DNA of 64,000 nt. It comes from an uncultured Gammaproteobacteria bacterium. GTDB taxonomy: Bacteria > Patescibacteriota > Microgenomatia > UBA10105 > UBA927. The stretch spans positions 197,408 to 261,407 of the forward strand of contig CAYGFH010000001.1 of assembly GCA_964349125.1 (NCBI GenBank), written 5' to 3'. A model generated the notes under the pieces. That model was not told the DNA's origin, searched no databases, and saw only the letters and a list, made by a program, of their open reading frames with translations. The translations under genes were made by a program, and so were the position numbers. Below are positions 36,296 through 46,825 of the stretch, piece after piece. Each line of letters opens with the position of its first letter. Positions within the stretch are counted from its first letter, which is position 1.

Positions 36296-36919
36296 CTAAA
36301 TAAATTTTAGCGTTGAGAGAATGGAATCAAACAGCTCGAAATCTTGCACTCCTGGCTGTTTTTCAAAATCATAATACACGCCGATTGATAGTGGGTTTTC
36401 TTCATCGGGGTAATCAATTTTGACGTCATATATTTTTTTGTTTGCTTCTCGCAATTCGCATCTTATTACCTCTTTGTTAGAAATCCGTATTACTTTCCCT
36501 CCACTAACAACTGTTGAACAGTCATACGGGTCTGATCCGCCATAACCGAAAACACTTTTCCTCCTAGTGATTATCATTGAATTCCTCTCCCCTGTTTTTT
36601 CTGTAATTCTAAGTTTTAGCCACCCGTCTGGCTCAACAGTCTCGATAGCGATGACAATTTCAGGAATTATCATTGAAATGCCAAGTTCAGTGTTGGAATA
36701 CGTGCCTGAAGAAATATTCCTAGGTTTCGGGCTTGGAGTTGCAGAAGGCTGAAATAACACCGTGCCATTTGGCGGAAGGTTTACAAATTGCACTTCACGC
36801 TTTTGTTCATAACTATTTATCCGGAAATATAAATATAAAATAAAAAATAATATTCCGAATAAGATGGTTAACAATACAAACGTTGAGTTTATTTGAATCA
36901 GAATCTTTTTCTTTTTCAT
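36296..36919 (-). CDS. Hypothetical membrane-anchored protein
   Basis: Start placed at MKKKKIL; N-terminal TM FVLLTILFGILFFILYLY, then a Pro/Ser-rich linker and a globular domain. Confidence 0.45.
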   Translation of the reverse strand: MKKKKILIQINSTFVLLTILFGILFFILYLYFRINSYEQKREVQFVNLPPNGTVLFQPSATPSPKPRNISSGTYSNTELGISMIIPEIVIAIETVEPDGWLKLRITEKTGERNSMIITRRKSVFGYGGSDPYDCSTVVSGGKVIRISNKEVIRCELREANKKIYDVKIDYPDEENPLSIGVYYDFEKQPGVQDFELFDSILSTLKFI

Positions 36920-37006
36920 ATATATCCTTTTAAGGATAACATAAAAATTCTTCCGATTCCCCCAAATGGGGTACAAGTAAAAAATTATATGGTAAACTGA
37001 TTCCAT

Positions 37007-37456
37007 ATGGGCGAAGAAATTTCAAAAGAGATACAAACGCTGGCACAAATCCTTCCGCCTCAATCTGAGTCGGAGCTTGCGGAACATTTTCAAAAATCAC
37101 AATGGTTGATCGAACAAATTCTAGAACTGAAGCCGTATGATATTAAAGCAGCTGGAACTGTCGATGGTGCTTTCATGCTAGCAGCAAGGCTTCATGCAGA
37201 GAAGTTAGACCCAACTAATCTGATAAATGCGACTGAAACAGATAACGCTCTAGGGGTTATCCTTGTCCGTGCAATTAATCCGACAGCTGGAGAAGATAAT
37301 CATATACAAGGAGCAGTATTTTGTAGAAATCCCAATAGCCCTCAGGATGAATATGATAAACAATTTAAAGATTTCATGGGATTGGTGGAGGGATTTCTAA
37401 ATAGTCCTATTTATCAGAGGCATCCTCAGGATGGGCAGCATAAACTATCGGAATAG
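37007..37456 (+). CDS. Hypothetical protein
   Basis: 149-aa ORF divergent from the previous gene; no recognised domain. Confidence 0.4.
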   Translation: MGEEISKEIQTLAQILPPQSESELAEHFQKSQWLIEQILELKPYDIKAAGTVDGAFMLAARLHAEKLDPTNLINATETDNALGVILVRAINPTAGEDNHIQGAVFCRNPNSPQDEYDKQFKDFMGLVEGFLNSPIYQRHPQDGQHKLSE

Positions 37457-37630
37457 AAAATTTATCCGAAATAGTATTTAGAATAGATAATTTTTGATTA
37501 AATACGTTCCAATTTCGTCCAAAAAAAGGCTAGCAAATTACCTTGAATTTCAAAAAGTCTTAGAATATCTGGGAAAGCCTAGCGTGCTAGCTATCTTACA
37601 CTGGATTAGTGTAGGTAATTCTCAGAATCT

Positions 37631-38626
37631 TTATGGCACGAAGATATCGTGATCCTGACTAAAGAAATTCCCTTTCACAACATGGTTTCCGCCGACCACG
37701 TGGATATTTCCCAGCATTTGACCCGCCACTAACCCATATCGGGCAGTCGGCATATCGGCTCTCCGATACCACTTATCCTCTTTGGTTTTGTACTCGTACA
37801 CTTCAGGTGATACTGTATCTCCATTTGCGCCACCAAAAATAAAAATGCTTTCTCCTTTGACAACTGCTGCAAATCCGCTTATAGCATGTGGAAGAGACGC
37901 ACGCGGTGTCCAGGTATCTGTGTATGGATCGTACATCTCATTAGTGTTTAACGCATGAAATCTGTCTTTGATCAACCCTCCAAGTGCATATATTTTCCCA
38001 TCAACCGTCACCACGGACAAATGTTCTCTCGCGCTTGGCATCGACGTTTTGGTAACCCAGACGTCTTTTTTTGTATCATATGCGTGAAGCAAAGTCACTT
38101 GATTTGCATTTCCGGAATCTCCACCAACTGCATAAATAGTTTCCTCATGGCAAGTCACACCGAGCGCACCGCGTCCAACGGGTATATCTGCCCGTTTAAT
38201 CCATTCATCCGATGAAGCGTTATATTTGTATACGTATGAAGAAGGCAAGACACGAATCCAATACCCCCCGACAACGTAGAGATCATCTCCACAAGAAACA
38301 ACCCCAGGGTGGTGTATTACGCGCGGATAACTGGCTATATGTATCCATTCTTCTTTTACGGGATCGTATGCGTCTACACGATCTGTTGGTGTCCATGGAG
38401 TAGATAAGACCAACCCACCAACGATGTATAGTTTTCCCCCAGCAACTGCAGCACCAAAATCGTATCGCTGAGTTGGCAAATCTTTTGCTTTTTTCCAAGA
38501 ACCGGCGGAGGTAGTAATTTCGAGATTTGAACTTGTAAACACTCGTTGCGGTTTGTCGCGCATATCCACGAAGAATGCGATAATCAACATGGGTATCAAC
38601 AAAATTTGGCGCACCAAGACATCCAT
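37631..38626 (-). CDS. Kelch-repeat beta-propeller protein with N-terminal TM anchor
   Basis: Repeated Kelch motifs (GG..YVVGG, YKYN..DEW, AVGGDSG, ALGG) following an N-terminal hydrophobic helix. Confidence 0.8.
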   Translation of the reverse strand: MDVLVRQILLIPMLIIAFFVDMRDKPQRVFTSSNLEITTSAGSWKKAKDLPTQRYDFGAAVAGGKLYIVGGLVLSTPWTPTDRVDAYDPVKEEWIHIASYPRVIHHPGVVSCGDDLYVVGGYWIRVLPSSYVYKYNASSDEWIKRADIPVGRGALGVTCHEETIYAVGGDSGNANQVTLLHAYDTKKDVWVTKTSMPSAREHLSVVTVDGKIYALGGLIKDRFHALNTNEMYDPYTDTWTPRASLPHAISGFAAVVKGESIFIFGGANGDTVSPEVYEYKTKEDKWYRRADMPTARYGLVAGQMLGNIHVVGGNHVVKGNFFSQDHDIFVP

Positions 38627-38907
38627 ACCTATACTATACTCGAAACTTTATCATGCCACCACTGCCTGTATAGGCAAATCGCCACCGTCACCAAACTATA
38701 CATTCTTAAACTGCATAAAAAGAGTATCACTTCGGCGTTTTTGAAACGTATCTGGTTGCCTAGCCAATTTGCTACGCGCGTATGTAAATCTCATAATATG
38801 TATTCGTGTACATAAGAGAAGTTCCAATTGACTTCGGAAGAATTCTTATTCACAGTATTTTTAGACTGTCCGTATGCGAAGTGTAATCTTTTTGTTAAAA
38901 ACCGTAT

Positions 38908-41319
38908 TTACGAAGATGCCAGTTCACACCCTTCCCTATTCCATTTCCAATTCCGTATCTCCGGCATATCCACCCCATGGATTTCTATATACCGTCGATG
39001 TTCTGCAAGCTTATCTTCCAGCATGCGTTTCAATTCTTTTCCTTTTTCTCCCGTCTTTGGAAAACGGTTAATGACATCCATTGCTAAATGGAACCGGTCC
39101 ATATCATTGAGAACAGTCATATCAAACGCGGTGGTGATAGTACCCTCTTCTTTATACCCACGAACGTGGATGTTTCTATTAACCCGTTGATATGTGAGAC
39201 GGTGAATAAGCCACGGGTATCCATGGAACGCCCAAATAATATGTTTGTCTCTGGTAAATATCTCATCATATTTTTGTTGGGTGAGACCATGCGGATTTTC
39301 GGTATCTGTCTCAAGCCTCATCAGATCCACTACGTTGACGACACGGATTTTCAGTTCCGGTAAATATTTGCGCAGTATAGAAACGGCTGCGAGGGTCTCG
39401 ATGGTTGGAATATCGCCCGCACAGGCCATAACAACATCAGTATCCCCTTCTTCATCATTACTTGCCCACGCCCACCGATCAATACCCTTTGTACAATGCT
39501 CAGTCGCATCCTGCATATTGAGGAATTGAGGCGCTTCGTGTTTTCCACAGACAACCAGGTTCACATATCCCAGACTCCGCAGACAATGATCCGCTACTGA
39601 AAGTAAACAATTTGCATCCGGGGGAAGATACACTCTAATGATTGAAGATTTTTTGTTTACCAAATGATCGATAAAACCCGGATCCTGGTGGGTAAACCCG
39701 TTATGATCCTGTCGCCAAACATGGGATGTGAGGAGAAAATTCAGTGATGATATTTTTTTCCTCCACGGGACTTCACTTGATAGTTTTAACCATTTTGCGT
39801 GCTGGGTGACCATAGAATCCACTATCCTGATAAACGCCTCATAGCTATGAAATATACCGTGTCTGCCTGTGAGCAGGTAACCTTCCAGCCAGCCTTCACA
39901 CTGATGTTCACTGAGCATTGAGTCGATGACTAGACCCTCCGGAGACAAAAATTCATCATATTTTTTGATCGTACTATTCCATTGTCTGTTAGTCACTTCA
40001 AAGATTGATTCCAGCCGGTTTGAGAGTGCCTCATCAGGTCCAAATATACGAAAATTTCTGTGCTGTTTATTAAGCTGTATTACATCCCGTAAGAATTTCC
40101 CAAGCACATGAAAGTTACCCTTATTCACTTGTGTTGGGCCGGGCACCTCAACCGCATAATCCTGAAAGTTTGGAACATGGAGGGGTTTTAGAAGTAACCC
40201 TGCGTTTGTGTGAGGGTTGGATCCCATTCGTCGCGCCCCGGTGGGAGCGAGTGCCGCTATTTCCGGTTTCAGGCGTCCCTGATCATCAAACAATTCTTCA
40301 GGTTTATAGCTTTTCATCCACGATTCCAGTATGGCTAAATGATCGGCGGGAGCACCCTCAGATACGGAGAGTGGCACCTGATGAGAACGGAATGTTCCCT
40401 CTATCGGTTGGGTATCTATTTCTTTTGGTCCGGTCCAGCCTTTTGGAGAATTAAACACAATCATTGGCCAACGTGGTCTCGTAGTATCATTATTTTCCCT
40501 GGCATTGCGGTGAATCTCATGTATATCTGTAAGCACTTGATCCAGAGCCGCCGCCATATCCTGATGCATTTGGTTTGGGTCATCTCCTTCGACAAAATAT
40601 GGTGCCCACCCATATCCGCGCATCAGCTGTTCCAGTTCTTCGTGAGAAATGCGTGAGAGGATTGTCGGATTGCTGATTTTATATCCGTTCAGATGCAAAA
40701 TCGGGAGTACCACGCCATCAGTTTTCGGGTTCAGGAATTTGTTGGAGTGCCAGGATGTCGCAAGCGGCCCTGTCTCCGCCTCGCCATCCCCTATGACGCA
40801 CGCCACGATGAGGTCAGGATTATCAAATGCCGCACCGAAAGCATGGCTGAGCGAATACCCAAGTTCTCCACCCTCATGGATGGATCCCGGAATCTGCGGT
40901 GATACATGGCTGGATATACCGCCGGGGAATGAGAACTGTTGAAACAATTTTTTCATTCCTGCTTCATCCTGTGTGATGGTGGGATACATGTCTGTATATG
41001 AGCCTTCCAGATACACATTGCTGACTATTGCCGGGGCTCCATGGCCGGGTCCGGATATATATATCATGTCAAGATCATGGTGTTTGATAATTCTATTTAG
41101 GTGCGCATAAATAAAGCTTTGCCCCGGTGTTGTTCCCCAATGACCTAGTAGGATTTTTTTGACGTCTCCGATTGAGAGTGGTCTCTTCAGTAGTGGATTA
41201 TCGTGCAGATATATCTGCCCCACTGCCAAATAATTGGCCGCACGCCAGTACGCATCTATCTGTTTTAACTGATCAGGTGATAGCGGCGCTGTAGTCTCGT
41301 TTGGCAAGTCTGTTTCCAT
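38908..41319 (-). CDS. xfp: Xylulose-5-phosphate/fructose-6-phosphate phosphoketolase
   Basis: 803 aa. TPP-binding motifs ([15 protein letters not shown]...[36 protein letters not shown]) characteristic of Xfp. Confidence 0.95.
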   Translation of the reverse strand: METDLPNETTAPLSPDQLKQIDAYWRAANYLAVGQIYLHDNPLLKRPLSIGDVKKILLGHWGTTPGQSFIYAHLNRIIKHHDLDMIYISGPGHGAPAIVSNVYLEGSYTDMYPTITQDEAGMKKLFQQFSFPGGISSHVSPQIPGSIHEGGELGYSLSHAFGAAFDNPDLIVACVIGDGEAETGPLATSWHSNKFLNPKTDGVVLPILHLNGYKISNPTILSRISHEELEQLMRGYGWAPYFVEGDDPNQMHQDMAAALDQVLTDIHEIHRNARENNDTTRPRWPMIVFNSPKGWTGPKEIDTQPIEGTFRSHQVPLSVSEGAPADHLAILESWMKSYKPEELFDDQGRLKPEIAALAPTGARRMGSNPHTNAGLLLKPLHVPNFQDYAVEVPGPTQVNKGNFHVLGKFLRDVIQLNKQHRNFRIFGPDEALSNRLESIFEVTNRQWNSTIKKYDEFLSPEGLVIDSMLSEHQCEGWLEGYLLTGRHGIFHSYEAFIRIVDSMVTQHAKWLKLSSEVPWRKKISSLNFLLTSHVWRQDHNGFTHQDPGFIDHLVNKKSSIIRVYLPPDANCLLSVADHCLRSLGYVNLVVCGKHEAPQFLNMQDATEHCTKGIDRWAWASNDEEGDTDVVMACAGDIPTIETLAAVSILRKYLPELKIRVVNVVDLMRLETDTENPHGLTQQKYDEIFTRDKHIIWAFHGYPWLIHRLTYQRVNRNIHVRGYKEEGTITTAFDMTVLNDMDRFHLAMDVINRFPKTGEKGKELKRMLEDKLAEHRRYIEIHGVDMPEIRNWKWNREGCELASS

Positions 41320-41330
41320 AAATATTTTTT

Positions 41331-42518
41331 TCAGTGTAGTTTTGCCAGTACATCCATTGTCTGTTTTGCGATGATCAGTTCTTCATTTACATGAACGATC
41401 CGCACCTGTACTCTACCTGTCTGTGATGAAATCATATCTTCATTCGCCTGATTCTTCGCCTCATCCAACTGTATACCTAAAAACTGTAACTTTTCGCAAA
41501 TTCGGGAACGTATCTGGCTTGCCCTCTCACCGATGCCGCCGGTAAAGACAAGCATATCTATACCACCCATTGCTGCCGCATATGCCCCGATATATTTTTT
41601 CACCTGGTAACAAAACACATCGAGCGCATCCTTTGCCCGCTGATCTGTTTTTTCATGCTCCAACAATTCGTGTACATTGGCGCTGATTTCCGACATGCCA
41701 AGAAGTCCTGACTCAAAATTAACCATAGCATGTATCGCCGTAACATCATACCCGGCACTCTGTGAGAGGTACGGTAAAATTCCCGGATCGATATCTCCAG
41801 ATCTCGTTCCCATAGGGATACCTGCCACAGGAGTAAAGCACATACTGGTGTCTATTGATTTTCCATCGACTATAGCAGCCAGACTGGCTCCGCTACCCAG
41901 ATGTGCGAAGACAAATTTACCCCTTGCGGCATCAACACCTACCGATTGCTGTATCTGTTCCAAAACAGAGGTAAAGGAGAGTCCGTGAAACCCATATCGT
42001 CGTACACCTAGTGCATCGAATTTCCTAGGAATCGGGAGCAGTCGGGCAACGGTCGGCATGTCATGATGGAACGCGGTGTCAAAACACGCAACATGGGAAA
42101 CTGTGGGGAATCGTGTACGAAATGATTCTATGAGTTGGATAACCTGAGGCATATGATCGGGATCAAGCTGGGTAATCGATCGCAGATATTCAACCAGTTC
42201 ATCGGTAATACCCGTCGGTTCACTATATTTCATACCTCCATGTATGACACGGTACCCAATACTCACCATAGTTTCCCCATGGACTTGTGATCGTATCCAC
42301 TCACTAAACAATTGCACAGACGATGATATATCCGGTGACTCGATATTTTTTTTAAAATCATCGGCGCCATCGGCGTATGTTGCCCAAAATACACCATTGG
42401 GCTGTCCGATATTTTCAATGGCACCCCGAAACACAACAGCAATCGCATCATTTTTTTCAAATAACGCAAACTTAATGCTTGATGAGCCACCGTTAATTGT
42501 CAAGATATGTTGAGCCAT
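41331..42518 (-). CDS. ackA: Acetate kinase
   Basis: [17 protein letters not shown]-terminus, [23 protein letters not shown] motifs. Confidence 0.95.
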   Translation of the reverse strand: MAQHILTINGGSSSIKFALFEKNDAIAVVFRGAIENIGQPNGVFWATYADGADDFKKNIESPDISSSVQLFSEWIRSQVHGETMVSIGYRVIHGGMKYSEPTGITDELVEYLRSITQLDPDHMPQVIQLIESFRTRFPTVSHVACFDTAFHHDMPTVARLLPIPRKFDALGVRRYGFHGLSFTSVLEQIQQSVGVDAARGKFVFAHLGSGASLAAIVDGKSIDTSMCFTPVAGIPMGTRSGDIDPGILPYLSQSAGYDVTAIHAMVNFESGLLGMSEISANVHELLEHEKTDQRAKDALDVFCYQVKKYIGAYAAAMGGIDMLVFTGGIGERASQIRSRICEKLQFLGIQLDEAKNQANEDMISSQTGRVQVRIVHVNEELIIAKQTMDVLAKLH

Positions 42519-42827
42519 AGTATGAAGCTGTTTTCATGATATACCCATCTTACTTCGGTTTGCAACCGCGAAGCGGTGAAAAAGCGGATTAGATGGGTCT
42601 ATACTGAGTAACCAACGAGAAGAATGAGTTACGTTGGTATACAACCATAAAGTGTACAGAAGCAAGGATAGTGTACGTTGCATACATAAATCTGGTAAAT
42701 TCGAACATTTGTGTGTATACTACTCCCATATGAACGATGACGGTTTGCCATACGAACGTTTGTTCACCCCTTAACCACAAGCAGGGCATATCACCCCTTG
42801 TGAAAAGAGGGTGAACCACAAGATGCC
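42519..42827. promoter_or_regulatory. Structured divergent intergenic region (ackA / DUF1003 gene) with candidate SD-sequestering hairpin and alternative pairings
   Basis: CACCCC...GGGUG hairpin covers the SD-like GAGGGUGA just upstream of the plus-strand start. CUUGUG can pair with either of two ACCACAAG copies. A 7-bp stem CCCAUCU/AGAUGGG lies near the ackA side. Confidence 0.3.
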
Positions 42828-43265
42828 ATGCAGAAGAAAGCATATTCCAATCAACGCAAAATTATGAAGCGTCTTCACTCAATGGAGGGAAGCTTAGCCG
42901 ATGCCATCACCAGATTATCAGGAAGTATGAGCTTCGTATATTTTCACGTCGCCTGGTTTTTGGTGTGGTTTCTCATCAATCATAATTATTTCTCTCCGTT
43001 TGTTGTGGCATTTGATCCCTACCCATACGGATTGTTGACCATGATCGTATCGCTTGAAGCAATATTTTTGTCAACATTCATCATGGTTGCCCATAACAGG
43101 CAGACACTTATGGACGCATACCGTGATATTGAAGAAGATATAGAAGGTGAAGAAGCAGAAAAGGAAGTGGAAGATATTCAGAAAGATCTCGATGACCTTA
43201 AAAGATCTTTGGCTTCGATTCAGAAAAAAATTGTAAATACAGACAACCCGCCGGGTAAAAAATAA
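42828..43265 (+). CDS. DUF1003 family membrane protein
   Basis: FHVAWFLVWFLINH...FDPYPYGLLTMIVSLEAIFLSTFIMVAHNRQ matches the DUF1003 signature; acidic coiled-coil C-terminus. Confidence 0.7.
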   Translation: MQKKAYSNQRKIMKRLHSMEGSLADAITRLSGSMSFVYFHVAWFLVWFLINHNYFSPFVVAFDPYPYGLLTMIVSLEAIFLSTFIMVAHNRQTLMDAYRDIEEDIEGEEAEKEVEDIQKDLDDLKRSLASIQKKIVNTDNPPGKK

Positions 43266-43327
43266 CGTGTATATGCACCGTGGGAAGCGTAGTGACAATC
43301 AATACAACTCTACATACCTATTTTCAT

Positions 43328-43951
43328 ATGAGCACCAGTATTTGTGGTTTAGATGAAGCAGGCCGGGGAGCACTGGCGGGACCACTCGTTGCCGCAGCCG
43401 TAATACTGAAAGAGAGTGTCAATACAATAACATCAAAAGCCGGAGCACCACTGCGCGACAGTAAAACACTCAGCAAGCGGCAACGTGAATCCATCTATGA
43501 AGTACTTATCAATTCGCACTCGACTGTCATAAGCACGAACATCTCCGCGGAGCTTATAAATGCAAAAGGGATCGGGTGGGCAAATAAAGAAATATTCCGT
43601 ATGTTAATTCGTCAGGTTCCCGCGACAGAATATATTGTTGACGGTAATCTTTCTTTGGCACCTATGCCGAGTATCAAAGGAACCGTGCGCTGCCTGGTAG
43701 ATGCCGACGCGACTGAGGCGGCTGTGATATGTGCCGGAATTGTGGCGAAAGTAACACGAGATAGAATAATGCAGAAACTTCATCTGAAGCACCCATTCTT
43801 TGGGTGGGAGCATAATGCAGGATATGGAACGCGCGAACATATAGCGATGATTCTTGAGCATGGAAGTACTCCTGAGCATCGTACATTGTTTGTAAATACT
43901 GCAGTGCAAAAAAAGTATATGAGACATATCAATTCATCGCCAAATGTTTAA
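43328..43951 (+). CDS. rnhB: Ribonuclease HII
   Basis: GLDEAGRGALAGPLVAAAV...DSKTLS...AAVICAGIVAKVTRD...GYGT motifs. Start placed at the MSTS Met. Confidence 0.85.
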   Translation: MSTSICGLDEAGRGALAGPLVAAAVILKESVNTITSKAGAPLRDSKTLSKRQRESIYEVLINSHSTVISTNISAELINAKGIGWANKEIFRMLIRQVPATEYIVDGNLSLAPMPSIKGTVRCLVDADATEAAVICAGIVAKVTRDRIMQKLHLKHPFFGWEHNAGYGTREHIAMILEHGSTPEHRTLFVNTAVQKKYMRHINSSPNV

Positions 43952-44327
43952 TAGCACGTGAAATATAAATCCGACCCGTTGTGAGTATCACGATTCGCAT
44001 GGCTGAATCCTATAATCTATTTTACATAAATAAAATTCGAATCAAGTGATCTTCTGCAATCGGGATAGACGGGACTCATATAGAGACAATTATTTCAGAA
44101 ATCGGTGTATACCCTGTCAAGGATCCGAATTTTTTACTTGCCGTACACACAAGGAATACATAGAAAAGTATTTCTGATCCTCTATCAGTATTTCGCCATG
44201 GTGGAATTATTATTGTTATATATTTTTCTTCAATTGTATATGTGTATTCTTCATGATATGAATATATGGATAATCAAAGAAAAATCATAGAGTGTGATAG
44301 AGGACGTTGAGTAAATATGCGATATGT

Positions 44328-45095
44328 TCAGTTTATCCGAAAACCGTAATAATCAGGCTCAAACGTAGTCAGTCCGCCCATTGCTTGCCACGAGAAACGT
44401 GTTGACGATTTTTTGAGAAGTTTCACATTTGTATCCCCCGCCAGTTGAGCAGCAGCCTGCGCCAATACATTCCGGATTGCCACATCGGTCTGAAAACGGA
44501 GCGTGCTGACAATCATAATTTTGTGTGCTTCTACAGCATGCCTCATCCATGGATACAGTGATTTATAGACATCTTCCACCGCTGACTGTGACGTCAACGG
44601 CCCGGGATGGCGAACAGCGATAATATCGGGCTCAGGTATCTGAGACAGAACAGAGTGGACATCGCTCGCATCTTGAAAGCAGAACGTCGCATTTGCCATA
44701 CCCAATGATTGGTGTAACATTCGTTTCCCTCCCCAAATGCTCGCGAGGGACGAATCATTATCAACTCCGGTCAGTTGAATTCCTTCTCCAAAATGTATCC
44801 GGGCAGCAACCAGTTCATGCCCATACCCGCACCCTAGAGATACCATGCTGGAGAATGTATCAGGAGGCTCAGGTACTGCCATCGGAAGAAATTCGAATGC
44901 ATATGATCCGATTAATGCCCTAGTCTGGGTACTTTGTTGCTTTTCATAAAATCGGGATGATTCAGCGCGGGTCATACGGGTGGATTGTATGGAAATAACA
45001 TGACAATTGCAATTCATGCTCATATAAGAGAGTTTTACGAAATTTAAATGGTATGCAATCTGTTTTGTTTTTTTGACAAAGATATCTACTATCAA
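44328..45095 (-). CDS. Class I SAM-dependent methyltransferase
   Basis: Motif I VSLGCGYGHELVA, motif II-like GVDND. The true start is probably an internal Met (MSMN or MTRA). Confidence 0.55.
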   Translation of the reverse strand: MIVDIFVKKTKQIAYHLNFVKLSYMSMNCNCHVISIQSTRMTRAESSRFYEKQQSTQTRALIGSYAFEFLPMAVPEPPDTFSSMVSLGCGYGHELVAARIHFGEGIQLTGVDNDSSLASIWGGKRMLHQSLGMANATFCFQDASDVHSVLSQIPEPDIIAVRHPGPLTSQSAVEDVYKSLYPWMRHAVEAHKIMIVSTLRFQTDVAIRNVLAQAAAQLAGDTNVKLLKKSSTRFSWQAMGGLTTFEPDYYGFRIN

Positions 45096-45133
45096 TATAA
45101 TTCGGACAAGTTAAAAATGGCCAACGCACCACT

Positions 45134-46369
45134 ATGCAGTCTCAACTTGAAATGCTCAACCGAGTAGAAGCGTCTGAATTTCAGGGAGACCCGACTCTGA
45201 CAACTGCGTTTCATAACACAGCCAGAGCAATGGTGGAACAATCTCTGAATATTCAACCAGGAGAGGAGGTTCTCATTTGGTTCGATCCATCAGGTCTACC
45301 TCTCGTAAAGGAATTATTCCACGCATGCCAAGCCCGCAACGCCAATGTTTCTTTTTTTGAACGTAATCTGGATGAGGATGCACAGTCAATACAATCAATG
45401 ACCGAAGAGCAAATTCGAGAGCGATTCACCCTCGAAAGACAATTGGTAGATAACGCGCAGGCGATCCTACTCGTACGTGGCCCTGAAAATCCGGAAATTA
45501 TGATGACTGTTCCCAAGCATCTTCGCACTGCATACAAAAATGAAAGTGACTCTGTCCATAGCAGAAGAGGTAAAGATCTGGATAAAGGTGGAGTCAGATG
45601 GTGTTTATTTCTCTGGCCTACAGAGTATGAGGCAAAAAAAGAGCAAATGTCGCAGGACTCCTACATGCACGCATATTTTGAAGCATGTAATCAACCGTGG
45701 AGGGCAATTGCCGAAGCACAGGAAGTACTAATATCAAAACTGAACGCCGGAAAAAAACTAGAGCTTAGAGCGAACCAGCATGCTGCCGATCCGAAGAAGC
45801 GGACGAAACTGACCATGAGTATAGATAGCATGACATTTTGTAACAGCACAATTGGGAAAAATTATCCGGGTTCTGAGGTATTTTCTGCACCAGTGGTAGA
45901 CTCGGTAAATGGACAACTATACGCTGAGGGAGAGTATATGTATGACGGGTCGCTCATGAAAAATATATATTTGGAGTTTAAGGATGGGAAAATTATCAAA
46001 GCTGAAGCCGAATTCGGAAATGATGAGCTTCAGCATATACTGAGTCAGGGTGAAGGGGCGCGATATCTTGGGGAAGTGGCACTCGGAACAAATCCGGGAT
46101 TAACACGTAGATTTTTTAATGATTTGTTAAACGAAAAAGTCGGCGGAAGTTTCCATGTGGCAATAGGACACTGTTATGAATACACAACATATGCAGGCGA
46201 AGACGTGAATGTAAACAATGGAAACACTTTTGATAAGACACCCGTACACTGGGATCTGACCATACTTATGAATACGGATGGCATGGTACTCGTGGATGAC
46301 GAGGTCATACAGGAAAATGGATGTTTCATAGATCCTGCACTTTCAATTCTGAACCCGCAATTTACATAA
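45134..46369 (+). CDS. M29 family aminopeptidase (AmpS/aminopeptidase T-like)
   Basis: GSEVFSAPV...GEVALGTNPG...FHVAIGHCYEYT...TPVHWDLT motifs typical of thermophilic metalloaminopeptidase family M29. Confidence 0.8.
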   Translation: MQSQLEMLNRVEASEFQGDPTLTTAFHNTARAMVEQSLNIQPGEEVLIWFDPSGLPLVKELFHACQARNANVSFFERNLDEDAQSIQSMTEEQIRERFTLERQLVDNAQAILLVRGPENPEIMMTVPKHLRTAYKNESDSVHSRRGKDLDKGGVRWCLFLWPTEYEAKKEQMSQDSYMHAYFEACNQPWRAIAEAQEVLISKLNAGKKLELRANQHAADPKKRTKLTMSIDSMTFCNSTIGKNYPGSEVFSAPVVDSVNGQLYAEGEYMYDGSLMKNIYLEFKDGKIIKAEAEFGNDELQHILSQGEGARYLGEVALGTNPGLTRRFFNDLLNEKVGGSFHVAIGHCYEYTTYAGEDVNVNNGNTFDKTPVHWDLTILMNTDGMVLVDDEVIQENGCFIDPALSILNPQFT

Positions 46370-46444
46370 TGCCTCTGAACTCCTACCCCATGTCCCCCTC
46401 AGGTGCTCGTAATCCGCGTACAGTATGCGGCAGATCCGGATAAA

Positions 46445-46453
46445 TGGTATAAT
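46445..46453 (+). promoter_or_regulatory. Extended -10 promoter element (TGGTATAAT) for the cold-shock gene, about 100-nt 5' UTR
   Basis: TGnTATAAT at 46445-46453; long leader before the ATG at 46564, as is typical for csp genes. Confidence 0.45.
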
Positions 46454-46563
46454 GATCATACAGAAAGGAGACATTGTAGGTATCTATACTACTTTGCCTC
46501 TCAAGCGTAACAGCAAGAGCGAGACTTTGTATTCAAGGACATTCCTACAATTAAAAAAACACT

Positions 46564-46761
46564 ATGACAGGTACAGTTAAAACTAAAACCGATCGAGGAT
46601 TTGGATTTATCAGCCGTGAGGGTGAAGCAAAAGATTTGTTCTTTCATTCAAAAGAATTGAACGGAGTAACTTTTGATGAACTTCAGGTTGGCGCAACAGT
46701 AACTTTTGAAGTTGCTGAGGGCGAAAAGGGTCCATACGCAAAAAACGTAAAACTCGCATAA
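46564..46761 (+). CDS. Cold-shock protein (CspA family)
   Basis: MTGTVKTKTDRGFGFISREG...FFHSKEL RNP1/RNP2 motifs of the cold-shock domain. Confidence 0.9.
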   Translation: MTGTVKTKTDRGFGFISREGEAKDLFFHSKELNGVTFDELQVGATVTFEVAEGEKGPYAKNVKLA

Positions 46762-46782
46762 TCAATCGAAAGATTGGTATGT

Positions 46783-46812
46783 AAAAGCCCCGTGCATAAC
46801 GGGGCTTTTTTG
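46783..46812. terminator. Palindromic intrinsic terminator between csp and glgA (convergent)
   Basis: AAAAGCCCCGTGCATAACGGGGCTTTTTT. Confidence 0.8.
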
Positions 46813-46825
46813 TGGAATGGGATGG

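Noticed and set aside
42589-42843. 84-aa minus-strand ORF in the ackA/DUF1003 intergenic region
   Set aside because: Lies in the structured leader region, has no SD or domain signal, and overlaps the candidate regulatory hairpins.
44105-44290. 61-aa hydrophobic ORF in the AT-rich spacer
   Set aside because: AT-rich low-complexity translation with no start context; likely non-coding.
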